The translations under genes were made by a program, and so were the position numbers. Shown here one piece after another: positions 1-10,909 of a stretch of DNA of 32,000 bases (positions are counted from its first letter, which is position 1; the number at the start of each line of letters is the position of its first letter). Under the pieces are notes generated by a model. That model was not told the origin of the DNA. It did no database searches and was given only the letters and a program-made list of their open reading frames with translations. Where the stretch lies: contig NZ_CP046226.1 in assembly GCF_012562765.1 (NCBI RefSeq), positions 300,001 to 332,000 on the forward strand, in the 5' to 3' direction. This DNA comes from Candidatus Saccharimonadota bacterium (GTDB lineage: Bacteria; Pseudomonadota; Gammaproteobacteria; Enterobacterales; Enterobacteriaceae).

Positions 1-253
1 AATTTAATAAAATTTCAATAATATCTTCTTGAACTCCTTCTTTAGTACTATATTCATGTAATATTCCTTCAATTTCTACTTCAGTAACAGCATATCCTGG
101 CATAGAAGATAATAAAATACGCCTTAATGCATTTCCAAGCGTATGTCCAAAACCTCTTTCTAAAGGTTCAAGAGTAACACTAATAGTAGTTTTATTAATT
201 TTTTTAATATCAACTAAACGAGGTTTTAAAAATTCAGTTACAGAATTATGCAT
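1..253 (-). CDS. rpoA: DNA-directed RNA polymerase alpha subunit, N-terminal fragment (gene runs off the window start)
   Basis: The reverse complement from the ATG at 251-253 reads [84 protein letters not shown], nearly identical to the E. coli RpoA N-terminus. It lies directly downstream of rpsD, as in the alpha operon. It is not in the ORF track because it is truncated. Confidence 0.95.
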   Translation of the reverse strand, partial: MHNSVTEFLKPRLVDIKKINKTTISVTLEPLERGFGHTLGNALRRILLSSMPGYAVTEVEIEGILHEYSTKEGVQEDIIEILLN

Positions 254-276
254 TTATAATCTCTCAATTTATAAAA

Positions 277-897
277 TTATTTTGAATATAATTCAATTAT
301 TAAATGTTCATTAATATCTGATGATAAATCAGAACGTTCTGGAACATATTTAAATATTCCTTCCATCTTATTGATATCAACTTCTAACCAATTTGATTTT
401 TCACGCTGATTAAAAAGTTCTATAGCAGCTTTAATTCTTGTTTGTTTTTTTGATTTTTCACATATTGATATTTTATCATTAATACTTAATTGATAAGAAG
501 GTATATTAACAATATGATTATTAATTTTTATAGATTTATGAGATATAAGTTGTCTTGCTTCTGATCTAGTAACACTAAACCCCATTCTATATAAAATATT
601 ATCAAATCTTTTTTCTAATAAACATAATAAATTAAATCCTGTATTTCCTTTTAATCTTAATGCTTTTTTATAATAGCTACGAAATTGTTTTTCTAATATA
701 CCATATATACGACGAACTTTTTGTTTTTCTCTTAATTGTATACCATAATCGGACAATCTAGATTTTTTCATACCATGTTGTCCAGGTGTTTGTTCTATTT
801 TACATTTTGTATCAATATTACGAATATTAGATTTTAAAAATAAATCTGTGCCTTCTCTTCTACTTAATTTTAATTTAGGTCCTAAATATTTAGCCAT
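277..897 (-). CDS. rpsD: 30S ribosomal protein S4
   Basis: The ORF 277..1005 contains [23 protein letters not shown]..., which matches E. coli S4 end to end (206 aa). I trimmed the start to the ATG at 897. The 36 upstream codons overlap rpsK and have no homology. Confidence 0.96.
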   Translation of the reverse strand: MAKYLGPKLKLSRREGTDLFLKSNIRNIDTKCKIEQTPGQHGMKKSRLSDYGIQLREKQKVRRIYGILEKQFRSYYKKALRLKGNTGFNLLCLLEKRFDNILYRMGFSVTRSEARQLISHKSIKINNHIVNIPSYQLSINDKISICEKSKKQTRIKAAIELFNQREKSNWLEVDINKMEGIFKYVPERSDLSSDINEHLIIELYSK

Positions 898-919
898 TTT
901 ATTCTCTTTAATATAATTA

Positions 920-1312
920 TTATACTCTTCTTCTTTTTGGAGGACGACAACCATTATGAGGAATTGGTGTAATATCAGTAATATTTGTAATACGAAAACC
1001 AGCATTATTTAATGCTCTAATTGTTGATTCTCTTCCTGGACCTGGTCCTTTTACCATAACTTCAAGATTTTTTATACCATAATCTTTTACAAACTCAGCA
1101 CAACGTTCTGCTGCTACTTGTGCAGCAAATGGAGTTGATTTACGAGAACCTCTAAATCCAGATCCTCCTGCTGTAGCACATCCTAATGAATTTCCTTGTC
1201 TATCTGTAATAGTAACAATAGTATTATTAAAAGAAGCATGTATATGAGCAATACCATCTATTATTTGTTTTTTAATATTTTTTTTTAATTTAGAGACTTG
1301 TTTTTTTTTCAT
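920..1312 (-). CDS. rpsK: 30S ribosomal protein S11
   Basis: 130 aa. The segment [22 protein letters not shown]...[26 protein letters not shown] is nearly identical to E. coli S11. Confidence 0.97.
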   Translation of the reverse strand: MKKKQVSKLKKNIKKQIIDGIAHIHASFNNTIVTITDRQGNSLGCATAGGSGFRGSRKSTPFAAQVAAERCAEFVKDYGIKNLEVMVKGPGPGRESTIRALNNAGFRITNITDITPIPHNGCRPPKRRRV

Positions 1313-1330
1313 TTTAATATCTCAATAAAA

Positions 1331-1690
1331 TTATTTTTTTTTAAAAAATTTACGAAATTTTTTTCTAGTATGTGCGTTTGTTTTAGTACGTTGACCCCTT
1401 ACTGGTAAACCTTTACGATGTCTTAGTCCACGATAACATCCTAAATCAATTAATCTCTTAATATTTAAATTAATTTCTCTTCTTAAATCACCCTCTACTG
1501 TAAATTTAGATACTTCTTCTCGTAATAAATCTATTTGTTTATCTGTTAATAAACTTATTTTAGTATACTGACTAATATTTATAATTTTACAAATATGTAT
1601 AGAATGAGAATTTCCAATTCCATAAATATATTGTAATGCAACCCTAATATGTTTATTATTAGGAATATTAACTCCGGCTATACGAGCCAC
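1331..1690 (-). CDS. rpsM: 30S ribosomal protein S13 (GTG start)
   Basis: 119 aa, ARIAGVNIP...[27 protein letters not shown]-like, matching E. coli S13. The start codon is GTG (cac at 1688-1690). A perfect AAGGAG Shine-Dalgarno (ctcctt at 1696-1701) lies 5 nt upstream. Confidence 0.96.
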   Translation of the reverse strand: MARIAGVNIPNNKHIRVALQYIYGIGNSHSIHICKIINISQYTKISLLTDKQIDLLREEVSKFTVEGDLRREINLNIKRLIDLGCYRGLRHRKGLPVRGQRTKTNAHTRKKFRKFFKKK

Positions 1691-1811
1691 ATTTACTCCT
1701 TTATTATAAAATAATAATTTTATTAAAAATAAAAATAATTTATTTAATAATTAATATTAATAAATATATAAGTTAAATTTAATAAAAAAATAAAATTAAT
1801 GATTATTAAAT
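1691..1811 (-). promoter_or_regulatory. rpmJ-rpsM spacer: expected alpha-operon promoter and leader, including the rpsM AAGGAG Shine-Dalgarno
   Basis: This is a 121-nt non-coding gap at the position where E. coli carries the alpha-operon promoter and the S4-regulated rpsM leader. Only the SD and GTG are directly visible. No promoter hexamers can be singled out in this AT-only sequence. Confidence 0.35.
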
Positions 1812-1928
1812 TTAACCTTGACGTTGTTTATGTTTAGGATCTTTTTTACAAAAAACACGAACTACCCTATTACGACGAATAATCTTACAATCACGACATA
1901 ATTTTTTAACAGAAGTACGTACTTTCAT
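1812..1928 (-). CDS. rpmJ: 50S ribosomal protein L36
   Basis: Hand translation of the minus strand from the ATG at 1926-1928 gives [38 protein letters not shown] (38 aa) with stop taa at 1812-1814. It matches E. coli L36 and sits after secY as in the spc operon. It is too short for the ORF track. Confidence 0.93.
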   Translation of the reverse strand: MKVRTSVKKLCRDCKIIRRNRVVRVFCKKDPKHKQRQG

Positions 1929-1988
1929 AATATAATACACATCCTCTTTATAAAAATAAATTTTTTATTTAAAATTTTATTTTTATAT

Positions 1989-3314
1989 TTATGATTTTAA
2001 ATTAATTTTTTTTAACATAGATTCATATTGAGTTGACATAATTAATGTCTGTATTTGAGTTATAAAATCCATAATAACTACTACTACTATTAATAATGAT
2101 GTTCCACCAAAATAAAAAGGAACATTTATTATGTTACGTAAAAATTCAGGTATTAAACATATAAAACTCATATATATTCCTCCTGTTAATGTTAATCTTA
2201 AAATAATTTTTTTAATATATTTTGCAGTTTGTTCTCCTGGACGTATACCTGGAATATAAGCTCCTGATTTTTTTAAATTATCTGCTGTTTCTTTTGGACT
2301 AAATACTAAAATAGTATAAAAGAAACAAAAAAATATAATTAATGAAACATATAATATCATATAAAACATTTGTTTAGGTTGTAAAATAATAGCAATATTT
2401 TTAAGCCATTCCCATCCAGTACTATTACCAAACCAAGATATTATTGTTACGAAAAATAAAATAATACTAGAAGAAAATATTGCAGGTATTACACCAGACA
2501 TATTAATTTTTAATGGTAAATGAGTATTTTGTTCTTTATATATATTTCTTATATTATATCTTTTAGCATAATTAACTGTTATTTTTCTTTGACCTCTTTC
2601 CATAAAAACAACAAAAAAAGTAATAGTAAAGATTATTAATAAAATTATTAATACTATAAAAAAATTTAAATCTCCTTCTTTAATTTGTTCTATTGTATGG
2701 CCAATAGCAGATGGTAAATTAGAAATAATACCTATAACAATAATCATTGAAATACCATTACCAATTCCTTTATTTGTAATTTGTTCACCTAACCACATTA
2801 AAAATATAGTTCCTGTAACTAAACTTAGTACGGAAATACAAAAAAAACATATTCCAGGATTTAAAATTAAATTTTGCATTCCTGATATTTTAGGTAATCC
2901 TGTTACTATACCTATAGATTGTATAATAGATAAAATTAATGTAGTATATTTAGTATATGTGTTAATTTTACGTCTACCAACTTCTCCTTCTTTTTTTAAA
3001 GCAATTAATTTAGGATGAAGTACACTTAATAATTGAAGTATAATAGATGCTGAAATATATGGCATAATTCCTAAAGCTAAAATAGAAGCTCTGCTTAAAG
3101 CTCCTCCAGAAAATATATTAAACATATCAATAATAGTACCATTTTGATTTCTAATTAATTTATTTAATATATTTAAATTTATACCTGGTATAGGGATAAA
3201 AGATCCTATACGAAAAATAATTAAAGCAATAATTAAAAATATGAATCTTTGTTTTAATTCATTAAAACCTTTTTTAGTACTTTGAAAATCTAATTTAGAA
3301 AATGGTTTTATCAT
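1989..3314 (-). CDS. secY: Protein translocase subunit SecY
   Basis: 441 aa, colinear with E. coli SecY ([72 protein letters not shown]). Confidence 0.97.
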   Translation of the reverse strand: MIKPFSKLDFQSTKKGFNELKQRFIFLIIALIIFRIGSFIPIPGINLNILNKLIRNQNGTIIDMFNIFSGGALSRASILALGIMPYISASIILQLLSVLHPKLIALKKEGEVGRRKINTYTKYTTLILSIIQSIGIVTGLPKISGMQNLILNPGICFFCISVLSLVTGTIFLMWLGEQITNKGIGNGISMIIVIGIISNLPSAIGHTIEQIKEGDLNFFIVLIILLIIFTITFFVVFMERGQRKITVNYAKRYNIRNIYKEQNTHLPLKINMSGVIPAIFSSSIILFFVTIISWFGNSTGWEWLKNIAIILQPKQMFYMILYVSLIIFFCFFYTILVFSPKETADNLKKSGAYIPGIRPGEQTAKYIKKIILRLTLTGGIYMSFICLIPEFLRNIINVPFYFGGTSLLIVVVVIMDFITQIQTLIMSTQYESMLKKINLKS

Positions 3315-3321
3315 TGCTTTT

Positions 3322-3756
3322 TTATTCCTCTATTTTTCCACCTAATTTTTCAATAGAAATTTTTGCTTTTTTTGTACAACGTAATTTAACAATTTTTACT
3401 GGTATAAAAATTTTTCCAGTATTTATAATTTTAACATATTTAATTTTATTACTAATAATTTTAAATAATTTTAAAGTATTTAAATCAATAATATTACTTT
3501 TAATTTTATTTAAATCACTTAATTTAACTTCTTTATAAAAAATTTTTTTACGTGATTGAAAACCAAATTTTGGTAATCTTCTATGTAAAGGAGTTTGTCC
3601 TCCTTCAAAAGATTTATTTATTTTACAACCAGAACGAGATTTTTGTCCTTTATGACCTCTACCGCTAGTTTTTCCCAAACCTGAACCTATACCACGTCCT
3701 AAACGTTTTTTATTATTTTTAGATCCTAAAGCAGGAGATAAAGTATTTAAATACAT
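3322..3756 (-). CDS. rplO: 50S ribosomal protein L15
   Basis: 144 aa. [43 protein letters not shown] matches the L15 N-terminus. Spc operon order is preserved. Confidence 0.96.
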   Translation of the reverse strand: MYLNTLSPALGSKNNKKRLGRGIGSGLGKTSGRGHKGQKSRSGCKINKSFEGGQTPLHRRLPKFGFQSRKKIFYKEVKLSDLNKIKSNIIDLNTLKLFKIISNKIKYVKIINTGKIFIPVKIVKLRCTKKAKISIEKLGGKIEE

Positions 3757-3757
3757 T

Positions 3758-3937
3758 TTAATTACCTATTTTAAGCATATAAAAAATTTTTTTAATCATA
3801 CCGAGAATTATAGGAGTTTTTTTTTTAATTACTGTATGTCCAATATGTTTTAATCCTAAACTAGTTAAAGTTGCTTTATGTTTTGGTATTCTTCCTATCG
3901 AACTTTTAATTTGTGTAATTTTAATATTTTTTAACAT
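3758..3937 (-). CDS. rpmD: 50S ribosomal protein L30
   Basis: Hand translation from the ATG at 3935-3937 gives [59 protein letters not shown] (59 aa) with stop at 3758-3760. It aligns with E. coli L30 ([36 protein letters not shown]...). It is absent from the ORF track. Its start lies 17 nt inside the 3' end of rpsE. Confidence 0.9.
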   Translation of the reverse strand: MLKNIKITQIKSSIGRIPKHKATLTSLGLKHIGHTVIKKKTPIILGMIKKIFYMLKIGN

Positions 3938-4451
3938 TTTTCATATTCCTTTTTATTTGTTCTATAGATTTATCTCTTTTAGCTGCAATCATTTTTAGTG
4001 ATTTCATACTAGATAAACCTTTTATAGTAGCTTTAACTATATTAATAGGATTAGTAGAACCATAAGCTTTAGCTAATACATTATAAATACCAGTAACTTC
4101 TAATACAGCTCTCATAGCACCTCCAGCTATAATTCCTGTTCCTTCATATGCAGGTTTCATAAATATATAAGAACCTGTATGATTACCTTTAACAGGATAT
4201 TGTAACGTATTATTATTTAATATAATATTAATCATGTTTTTTCTTGCTTTTTCCATAGCTTTTTGTATTGCACTAGGAACTTCTCTAGATTTACCATATC
4301 CAAAACCAACACGACCTTTACCATTACCAACAACAGTTAATGCTGTAAATGAAAATATTCTACCTCCTTTAACAGTTTTAGATACTCTATTTACAGAAAT
4401 AAGTTTTTCTTTTAATTCATTATTTTGATTTTTATTATCATAAATAGGCAT
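3921..4451 (-). CDS. rpsE: 30S ribosomal protein S5
   Basis: 176 aa. [58 protein letters not shown] is nearly identical to E. coli S5. It carries about 7 extra C-terminal residues. Confidence 0.96.
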   Translation of the reverse strand: MPIYDNKNQNNELKEKLISVNRVSKTVKGGRIFSFTALTVVGNGKGRVGFGYGKSREVPSAIQKAMEKARKNMINIILNNNTLQYPVKGNHTGSYIFMKPAYEGTGIIAGGAMRAVLEVTGIYNVLAKAYGSTNPINIVKATIKGLSSMKSLKMIAAKRDKSIEQIKRNMKNVKKY

Positions 4452-4477
4452 TTTATCATTCCTTTAACATTAAATAA

Positions 4478-4831
4478 TTAAAATTGAAGACCTAAATCAC
4501 GAGCAGCGTTTGCTAATGCTTTAATACGACCATGATATTTAAATCCTGACCTATCAAATGAAATATTCATAATACCTTTATTGATTGATCTTTTTGCAAT
4601 TTTTTTACCTATGACAATAGCAGCTTCTATATTACCCGTATATGATAGTTTTTTATTAATATTTTTTTCTAAAGTAGAAGCTGTTATTAAAACTTTATTT
4701 GTAGAAGATATTATCTGAGCATAGATATGACGTGAAGTACGATGTATAACTAAACGCGTAGCTTTTAATTTATAAAAAATTTTTCGTGATTTAGTTATTC
4801 TTTTAATCCGAATATTTTTTTTTTTATTCAT
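4478..4831 (-). CDS. rplR: 50S ribosomal protein L18
   Basis: It matches E. coli L18 ([19 protein letters not shown]...[26 protein letters not shown]). The start at ATG 4829-4831 ([11 protein letters not shown], 117 aa) fits the E. coli length. An alternative ATG at 4853-4855 overlaps the rplF stop (ATGA) and would add 8 residues. Confidence 0.9.
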   Translation of the reverse strand: MNKKKNIRIKRITKSRKIFYKLKATRLVIHRTSRHIYAQIISSTNKVLITASTLEKNINKKLSYTGNIEAAIVIGKKIAKRSINKGIMNISFDRSGFKYHGRIKALANAARDLGLQF

Positions 4832-4851
4832 AATATTTAATTTATTTATCC

Positions 4852-5385
4852 TCATTTTTTCTTAATTTCTTTAATTTTTACTTGTTCATAACTATATCTA
4901 ATACCTTTTCCTTTATAAGGTTCAGGAATTCTATATGATCTAATATCAGCAGCTACTTGACCTAATAATTGTTTATCAGAACTTTTTAATATTATTTCAT
5001 TTTGATTAATACAATTTGCTATTATTCCTTTAGGTAAAGTATAGTAAATTGAATGAGAATATCCTAACATTAAATCTAAAATATTTTTATTAATAGAAAC
5101 TTTATACCCTATACCAGATAAAATAAGTTTTTTAGAAAAACCTTGAGTAACTCCTATAATCATAGAATTTAATATAGATCTTGAAGTTCCAGCATATGAC
5201 CAAGAATCATTATTATTTATTTTAGGTATAAATAATAATTTTTTATTATGAATTTCAATTTTTATTAACGAATTAATTTTTTTTTTTAATATACCATTTT
5301 CTCCTTGAACAATTATTTGTTGTTTATTTATAATTATTTTTACATTATCAGGGATATAAATAGGATTTTTAGCTATTCTAGACAT
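4852..5385 (-). CDS. rplF: 50S ribosomal protein L6
   Basis: 177 aa. [17 protein letters not shown]...[11 protein letters not shown] matches L6. Spc operon order is preserved. Confidence 0.96.
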   Translation of the reverse strand: MSRIAKNPIYIPDNVKIIINKQQIIVQGENGILKKKINSLIKIEIHNKKLLFIPKINNNDSWSYAGTSRSILNSMIIGVTQGFSKKLILSGIGYKVSINKNILDLMLGYSHSIYYTLPKGIIANCINQNEIILKSSDKQLLGQVAADIRSYRIPEPYKGKGIRYSYEQVKIKEIKKK

Positions 5386-5406
5386 TTTAATACCTTATTA
5401 TATTGA

Positions 5407-5799
5407 TTATGAAATATAACAAATTATTTCTCCACCTATTCCATAGTTACGAGCAGTATAATCAGTCATTATCCCTTTTGATGTAGAAATAATGGCAATA
5501 CCTAATCCAGACATAACTTGGGGTAAATTATTTTTTCTTTGATAAATTCTTAATCCAGGACGACTTATACATTTTATATTTTCTATAACAGCTTTTCCTT
5601 TAAAATATTTTAAATAAATTTCTAAATTAGAAATATGGTTTTTTATAATTTTATAATCTTTTATATATCCTTCATTTTTTAAAACCATTGCAATTGATTG
5701 TTTAATTTTTGAATATTGCATTATAATTTTTAATTTTTTTGATAATTGACCATTGCGAATTCTTGTTAACATATCAGCAATAGGATTTTGTATACTCAT
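5407..5799 (-). CDS. rpsH: 30S ribosomal protein S8
   Basis: 130 aa. [18 protein letters not shown]...RPGLRIY...GGEIICYIS matches S8. Confidence 0.96.
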   Translation of the reverse strand: MSIQNPIADMLTRIRNGQLSKKLKIIMQYSKIKQSIAMVLKNEGYIKDYKIIKNHISNLEIYLKYFKGKAVIENIKCISRPGLRIYQRKNNLPQVMSGLGIAIISTSKGIMTDYTARNYGIGGEIICYIS

Positions 5800-5834
5800 A
5801 TTTTATAACCTATAATATATTTCAAAAAATATTT

Positions 5835-6140
5835 TTACCAACTAGCTTTTTTTAATCCAGGAATTTCTCCTTTCATTGCAGATTCACGTACTTTAATTCT
5901 ACTTAAACCAAATTTTCTTAGAAATGCATGTGGCCTTCCTGTTTGTTTACATCTATTTCGTTGTCTAGAAATACTAGAATCTCTTGGTAAAGATTGTAAT
6001 TTAAAAATAGCATCCCAACGAACTTTTTCTGATACATTTATATCAGATATTATTTTTTTAAGTTTTTTTCTTTTTATAAAAAATTTTTTTGCTAATTTTA
6101 TTCTTTTAATTTCACGAGCTTTTATAGATTCTTTTGCCAT
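5835..6140 (-). CDS. rpsN: 30S ribosomal protein S14
   Basis: 101 aa. [13 protein letters not shown]...[28 protein letters not shown]...IPGLKKASW matches S14. Confidence 0.96.
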   Translation of the reverse strand: MAKESIKAREIKRIKLAKKFFIKRKKLKKIISDINVSEKVRWDAIFKLQSLPRDSSISRQRNRCKQTGRPHAFLRKFGLSRIKVRESAMKGEIPGLKKASW

Positions 6141-6152
6141 AATTTAAAACCT

Positions 6153-6692
6153 TTAATTACGAAATGGAAATTTTAATGCTTGAAGTAAAGCATAACCTTC
6201 ATTATTAGAATGAGCAGTAGTAGTTATAGAAATATCTAAACCACGAACATGATCAATTTTATCAAAGTTAATTTCAGGAAAAATAATCTGTTCTTTTATT
6301 CCTATATTATAATTACCATAACCATCAAATGATTTTTTAGATAATCCTCTAAAATCTCTTATCCTAGGTATTGCAATAAATAATAAACGTTCAAAAAAAT
6401 ACCACATTCTTTTACCACGTAAAGTAACTTTACATCCTATAGGATATCCTTGTCTAATTTTAAATCCTGCTATTGATTTATGAACTTTAGTAATTATAGG
6501 TTTTTGTCCACTAATAACAGTTAAATCGTTTATTGCATTATCTAAATGTTTTTTATCAGAAATAATATTTCCTACACCCATATTTAAAGTAATTTTACTT
6601 ATACGAGGAACTTGCATAATAGAGTAGTATTTAAAACTATATATTAATTTTTTTACTATTTCATTTTTATAGTAATTATATAATTTTGACAT
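6153..6692 (-). CDS. rplE: 50S ribosomal protein L5
   Basis: 179 aa. [14 protein letters not shown]...[29 protein letters not shown] matches L5. Confidence 0.96.
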   Translation of the reverse strand: MSKLYNYYKNEIVKKLIYSFKYYSIMQVPRISKITLNMGVGNIISDKKHLDNAINDLTVISGQKPIITKVHKSIAGFKIRQGYPIGCKVTLRGKRMWYFFERLLFIAIPRIRDFRGLSKKSFDGYGNYNIGIKEQIIFPEINFDKIDHVRGLDISITTTAHSNNEGYALLQALKFPFRN

Positions 6693-6711
6693 AATACATA
6701 TTACCTAATTA

Positions 6712-7023
6712 TTAAATAATTTCATTATTAGATTTTAAAAAACGTAATTTTTTACCTTTTACTAATTTAAAACCTATACGATCAGGTTTTCCAGTTTTAA
6801 TATTTAATATAGCTATATTAGAAACATGAATAAAATTTTCTTTTTCTATTATTCCACCTACATTAGAATTAGAAGGATTAGATTTTATATGTTTTTTAAT
6901 TAAATTTATACCTTCTACTATTACTAATTCAGAATTTAAAAAATATTTTACCTTACCTTTTTTACCTTTATCTTTACCTATTAAAATAATAACTTCATCA
7001 TTACAACGTATTTTAGATGCCAT
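6712..7023 (-). CDS. rplX: 50S ribosomal protein L24
   Basis: 103 aa. [25 protein letters not shown]...[10 protein letters not shown] matches L24. Confidence 0.95.
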   Translation of the reverse strand: MASKIRCNDEVIILIGKDKGKKGKVKYFLNSELVIVEGINLIKKHIKSNPSNSNVGGIIEKENFIHVSNIAILNIKTGKPDRIGFKLVKGKKLRFLKSNNEII

Positions 7024-7041
7024 AATTTTTTACTATCCTAT

Positions 7042-7413
7042 TTAAATTACTTCTGAAGCTAATGAAATGATTTTCATAAATTTCTCATTTCTTAATTCTC
7101 TTGTAACAGGACCAAAAACTCTTGTTCCTATTAACTGTTCATTAGTATCATTTAATAATACGCATGCATTATTATCAAAACGAATAATTGAACCGTCAGG
7201 ACGACGTATTCCTTTTTTTGTTCTTACAATAACAGCTTTTAATACATCACCTTTTTTTACTTTCCCTTTTGGAGTAGCTTCTTTTACAGTTATTTTAATT
7301 ATATCACCAATATTAGCATAACGACGACGTGATCCTCCTAATACTTTTATACACATTACACTACGAGCTCCTGAATTATCTGCAACACTTAATATAGTAT
7401 GTTCTTGTATCAT
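7042..7413 (-). CDS. rplN: 50S ribosomal protein L14
   Basis: [33 protein letters not shown]... (123 aa) matches E. coli L14 from its first residue. The ATG is at 7411-7413, with AAGGTGA (tcacctt at 7422-7428) 8 nt upstream. The longer ORF-track start at 7425 is a GTG lying inside that Shine-Dalgarno. Confidence 0.95.
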   Translation of the reverse strand: MIQEHTILSVADNSGARSVMCIKVLGGSRRRYANIGDIIKITVKEATPKGKVKKGDVLKAVIVRTKKGIRRPDGSIIRFDNNACVLLNDTNEQLIGTRVFGPVTRELRNEKFMKIISLASEVI

Positions 7414-7495
7414 GATTATAATCACCTTTTTATTAAAACAATAATTTTCTATTAATAATTTATATAAAAAATTAATTAAAATTTATAAAAATATT
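7414..7495 (-). promoter_or_regulatory. rpsQ-rplN spacer: expected S10-operon end and spc-operon promoter region, with the rplN Shine-Dalgarno
   Basis: This is an 82-nt AT-only gap at the S10/spc operon boundary known from E. coli. Only the AAGGTGA SD is directly identifiable. Confidence 0.35.
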
Positions 7496-7750
7496 TTATA
7501 TTATTAATTTTTTAATAATATTTACTAAAATCCAAGATTTTGTTTTTGATATAGGTCTACATTCTTTTATTTCAACAAAATCTCCTATATTACATTTATT
7601 TTTTTCATCATGAACATGTAATTTTGTTGTTCTTTTTATAAATTTTCCATAAATTGGATGTTTTATAAGTCTATTAATATGTACTACAATAGATTTATTC
7701 ATTTTATTACTTACTACTTTTCCTTTTAAAATTTTAATTTTATTTTGCAT
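7496..7750 (-). CDS. rpsQ: 30S ribosomal protein S17
   Basis: 84 aa. [44 protein letters not shown] matches S17. Confidence 0.96.
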   Translation of the reverse strand: MQNKIKILKGKVVSNKMNKSIVVHINRLIKHPIYGKFIKRTTKLHVHDEKNKCNIGDFVEIKECRPISKTKSWILVNIIKKLII

Positions 7751-7943
7751 TTTTTATTATCTTTTTTTGTGATAAAATAGTCTTAATTCTTGCTATATTT
7801 TTTTTAGATTTTTTTAATAAATGAGTTTGTTTAAGATTACCTGATTTTAATTGTATTTTTAAATTAAATTGTTCTCTAAATAAATTAAGTAATTCTTTTC
7901 TTAATTCTTGAATATTTTTTTTGAATAAAGTATTTGTATTCAT
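7740..7943 (-). CDS. rpmC: 50S ribosomal protein L29
   Basis: 67 aa. [33 protein letters not shown] matches L29. Its 3' end overlaps the rpsQ start by 11 nt. Confidence 0.93.
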   Translation of the reverse strand: MNTNTLFKKNIQELRKELLNLFREQFNLKIQLKSGNLKQTHLLKKSKKNIARIKTILSQKKIIKNAK

Positions 7944-8362
7944 AATATTTTTATTATATTTTTTTTATTTAAAAAAATAGTTTTTACTGGTAATTTTGCT
8001 GATCCTAATTTAAAAGCTTCTCGAGCTAATTTTTCTGATATACCATCTATTTCATATAATATTCTTCCTGGTTGTACTAATGCTACCCAATATTCAACAT
8101 TTCCTTTACCTTTACCCATACGAACTTCTAATGGTTTTTCCGTTATAGGTTTATCAGGAAAAATTCTAATCCATATTTTCCCTTGTCTTTTCATTGCTCT
8201 ACTAATAGCTCTTCTTGCGGACTCTATTTGTCTTGCAGTAATTCTTCCTCTATGAATTGCTTTTAATGCATAAGATCCAAAATTAATATTCATTCCTACA
8301 ACTATTCCTTTATTTCTTCCTTTATGCATTTTCCTGAATTTTGTTTTTTTTGGTTGCAACAT
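7940..8362 (-). CDS. rplP: 50S ribosomal protein L16
   Basis: 140 aa. [19 protein letters not shown]...[16 protein letters not shown]...[32 protein letters not shown] matches L16. It has a 4-nt overlap with rpmC. Confidence 0.96.
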   Translation of the reverse strand: MLQPKKTKFRKMHKGRNKGIVVGMNINFGSYALKAIHRGRITARQIESARRAISRAMKRQGKIWIRIFPDKPITEKPLEVRMGKGKGNVEYWVALVQPGRILYEIDGISEKLAREAFKLGSAKLPVKTIFLNKKNIIKIL

Positions 8363-8376
8363 ATAAAAATCCTCTT

Positions 8377-9081
8377 TTATTTTCTTCCTTTATTACGTTT
8401 TTTTTTAGGTTGTAAAATTAATTTCTTTACTTTTTGATTTTGATTAATAATATTACCTAATATTTCTCCTTTAAAAATCCAAACTTTAATACCAATTACA
8501 CCATAAGTTGTATTAGCTTCAGCTAAACTAAAATCTATATCAGCACGTAAAGTATGTAATGGTACTCTACCTTCTCTATACCATTCTGTACGAGCTATTT
8601 CAGTTCCACCTAAACGTCCACTAACTTCTACTTTTACTCCTAATGCTCCTAATCTCATTGAGTTTTGTACAGCTCTTTTTATAGCTCTTCTAAACATAAC
8701 TCTTTTTTCTAATTGAGTTGAAATATTATCAGCAACTAATTTAGCTTCTAATTCTGGTTTGCGAATTTCAGTAATATTAATCTGTGTAGGTACTCCAGAT
8801 ATTTGAGAAATAATTTTTCTAAGTTTTTCTACATCTTCTCCTTTTTTTCCTATTACTATTCCAGGTCTAGCTGTATGTATTGTTACTCTAATACTTTTTG
8901 AAGGTCGTTCAATTGTAATACGAGAAACTGATGCTTTAATCAATTTTTTATTTAAAAATTTTCTTACTTTAAAATCACTATACAAATTATTAGCAAAATC
9001 TTTTGTATTAGCAAACCAAGTAGAATCCCATGTTTTAATAATACCTAATCTTAAACCATTAGGATGTGTTTTTTGACCCAT
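8377..9081 (-). CDS. rpsC: 30S ribosomal protein S3
   Basis: 234 aa. [24 protein letters not shown]...[30 protein letters not shown] matches S3. Confidence 0.97.
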   Translation of the reverse strand: MGQKTHPNGLRLGIIKTWDSTWFANTKDFANNLYSDFKVRKFLNKKLIKASVSRITIERPSKSIRVTIHTARPGIVIGKKGEDVEKLRKIISQISGVPTQINITEIRKPELEAKLVADNISTQLEKRVMFRRAIKRAVQNSMRLGALGVKVEVSGRLGGTEIARTEWYREGRVPLHTLRADIDFSLAEANTTYGVIGIKVWIFKGEILGNIINQNQKVKKLILQPKKKRNKGRK

Positions 9082-9094
9082 TATTTATATTTCC

Positions 9095-9439
9095 TTAATT
9101 AAGATTATTATCATCAGATACAATTATAGTAATGTGGCTTGTATATTTTAAAATACGATCGGAACGTCCTTTAGCACGTGGCATAATACGTTTCATATTA
9201 GATCCTACATCAATAAAAATTTTTGATATTTTTAAATTATCAATATCAATTCCGTTATTATGTTCTGCGTTAGATACAACTGAATTTAATACTTTTTTAA
9301 TAAGAATAGATGCTTTTTTATTAGAAAAATTTAAAATATCAAAAGCTTTTGATACTTTTTTACCTCTTATAAGATTAGCAACTAATCTTAATTTTTGAGC
9401 AGAAGATCGTGAATATAAATGTTTTGCTAAAACTTCCAT
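9095..9439 (-). CDS. rplV: 50S ribosomal protein L22
   Basis: 114 aa. [18 protein letters not shown]...[28 protein letters not shown] matches L22. Confidence 0.96.
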   Translation of the reverse strand: MEVLAKHLYSRSSAQKLRLVANLIRGKKVSKAFDILNFSNKKASILIKKVLNSVVSNAEHNNGIDIDNLKISKIFIDVGSNMKRIMPRAKGRSDRILKYTSHITIIVSDDNNLN

Positions 9440-9464
9440 TTTTATCCTTTAATAATTTTTATTT

Positions 9465-9752
9465 TTATTTTTTTATTGTTTTTTTTATTTTTTTATCAGC
9501 ACTATGTCCTCTATAAGTACGAGTTGGAGAAAATTCACCTAATTTATGTCCTACCATTTCATCTGAAATAAAAACAGGAATATGTTGACGTCCATTGTAA
9601 ACAGCTATTGTTAATCCAATCATATTAGGAAATATAGTAGATCTTCTAGACCAAGTTTTTAATGGTTTTTTATTTCCTTGTTCTATTGCTTTTTCAACCT
9701 TTTTAAATAGATGATGATCAATAAAAGGACCTTTTTTTAAAGAACGTGGCAT
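9465..9752 (-). CDS. rpsS: 30S ribosomal protein S19
   Basis: 95 aa. [20 protein letters not shown]...[33 protein letters not shown] matches S19. Confidence 0.97.
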   Translation of the reverse strand: MPRSLKKGPFIDHHLFKKVEKAIEQGNKKPLKTWSRRSTIFPNMIGLTIAVYNGRQHIPVFISDEMVGHKLGEFSPTRTYRGHSADKKIKKTIKK

Positions 9753-9770
9753 AATTAAAATTACCTCTTA

Positions 9771-10592
9771 TTATTTATTACGATGACGAAGAATATATTT
9801 TTCTGTTCTTTTATTATTTCTTGTTTTTTTACCTTTAGTTTGGATTCCCCATGGAGTTACAGGATGTTTACCAAAATTTTTTCCTTCTCCTCCACCATGT
9901 GGGTGATCTATAGGATTCATTGCAGTACCTCTTACAGTAGGTCTAATTCCTCTCCATCTTTTAGCTCCAGCTTTACCTAAAGACTTTAACATATGTTCAT
10001 TATTCCCAATTTCTCCTAATGTTGCCCTGCAATTAGATTTTATTTTTCTTATCTCTCCAGATCGTAAACGTAAAGTAACGTATAAACCTTCTTTTGCTAT
10101 TAATTGTACATATGTTCCAGCAGCTCTGGCTATTTGACCACCTTTACCTGGTTTCATTTCTATATTATGTAAAATAGATCCTACAGGAATATTATTCATT
10201 GGTAATGTATTACCTATTTTAATCTCAGCATTTATTCCTGATTGGATAATATCACCTACTTTTAAATTTTTAGGTGATAATATATAACGTTTTTCTCCGT
10301 CATTATATTTAATTAATGCAATATTTGCAGAACGATTAGGATCATATTCAATATGTTCAATAATTCCTGGAATTGAATCTTTATTTCTTTTAAAATCTAT
10401 AATACGATATTTTTTTTTATGTCCTCCTCCTATATGTCTAGTTGTTATATGTCCATGATTATTACGTCCACCAGATTTATTTTTCTTCTTTATTTTAGAT
10501 TTAAGAGGTTTACCTTTATATAAAAAAGGATTTACAACCTTAACCATATGTCTCCTACCAGGAGATGTAGGTTTGCATTTAATAATTGTCAT
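9771..10592 (-). CDS. rplB: 50S ribosomal protein L2
   Basis: 273 aa. [14 protein letters not shown]...[18 protein letters not shown] matches L2. Confidence 0.97.
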   Translation of the reverse strand: MTIIKCKPTSPGRRHMVKVVNPFLYKGKPLKSKIKKKNKSGGRNNHGHITTRHIGGGHKKKYRIIDFKRNKDSIPGIIEHIEYDPNRSANIALIKYNDGEKRYILSPKNLKVGDIIQSGINAEIKIGNTLPMNNIPVGSILHNIEMKPGKGGQIARAAGTYVQLIAKEGLYVTLRLRSGEIRKIKSNCRATLGEIGNNEHMLKSLGKAGAKRWRGIRPTVRGTAMNPIDHPHGGGEGKNFGKHPVTPWGIQTKGKKTRNNKRTEKYILRHRNK

Positions 10593-10606
10593 ATTTATAC
10601 TTTTTA

Positions 10607-10909
10607 TTAGTTTTTATTTATATTAAAATCTATACTTTGACCTTTTTGTAAAGAAATATATGCTTTTTTCCAGTCATTACGATGATATGTATTATTTTTA
10701 TTTTTTTTTGTTTTTCCTTTAACTATTAAAGTATTAACATTTTTAATTCTAATATTAAAAATTTTTTGAATAGCTATTTTTATATCTTTTTTATTTGCCT
10801 TTTTTGATACTTTAATAGTAAAAATATTTGTTTTTTCTATTGCTAAAGAAGATTTTTCAGATACATGAACAGTTTGTAAAATCTTAAAAGAACGTTCAGT
10901 TAAAATCAT
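10607..10909 (-). CDS. rplW: 50S ribosomal protein L23
   Basis: 100 aa. The call rests on position between rplD and rplB plus the L23-like pattern (VSEKSS...[23 protein letters not shown]...DWKKAYISL). Confidence 0.93.
   Translation of the reverse strand: MILTERSFKILQTVHVSEKSSLAIEKTNIFTIKVSKKANKKDIKIAIQKIFNIRIKNVNTLIVKGKTKKNKNNTYHRNDWKKAYISLQKGQSIDFNINKN

Noticed and set aside
898-1005. 36-codon N-terminal extension of the rpsD ORF in the track
   Set aside because: The extension overlaps the rpsK coding region, has no similarity to S4, and the canonical [10 protein letters not shown] start is at 897. Similar extensions were trimmed for rplN (a GTG at 7425 inside the SD) and hemW (a TTG at 13979 inside yggT).
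3302-3538. 78-aa plus-strand ORF antisense to rplO and the secY start
   Set aside because: It lies on the opposite strand of a strongly conserved ribosomal protein gene. The product is low-complexity and hydrophobic (Phe/Leu/Ile from AT-rich antisense codons) with no homology. The same reasoning rejects the plus-strand ORFs 4234-4428 (antisense rpsE), 7067-7321 (antisense rplN), 9132-9398 (antisense rplV), 9783-9980 (antisense rplB) and 27689-27883 (antisense rodA).
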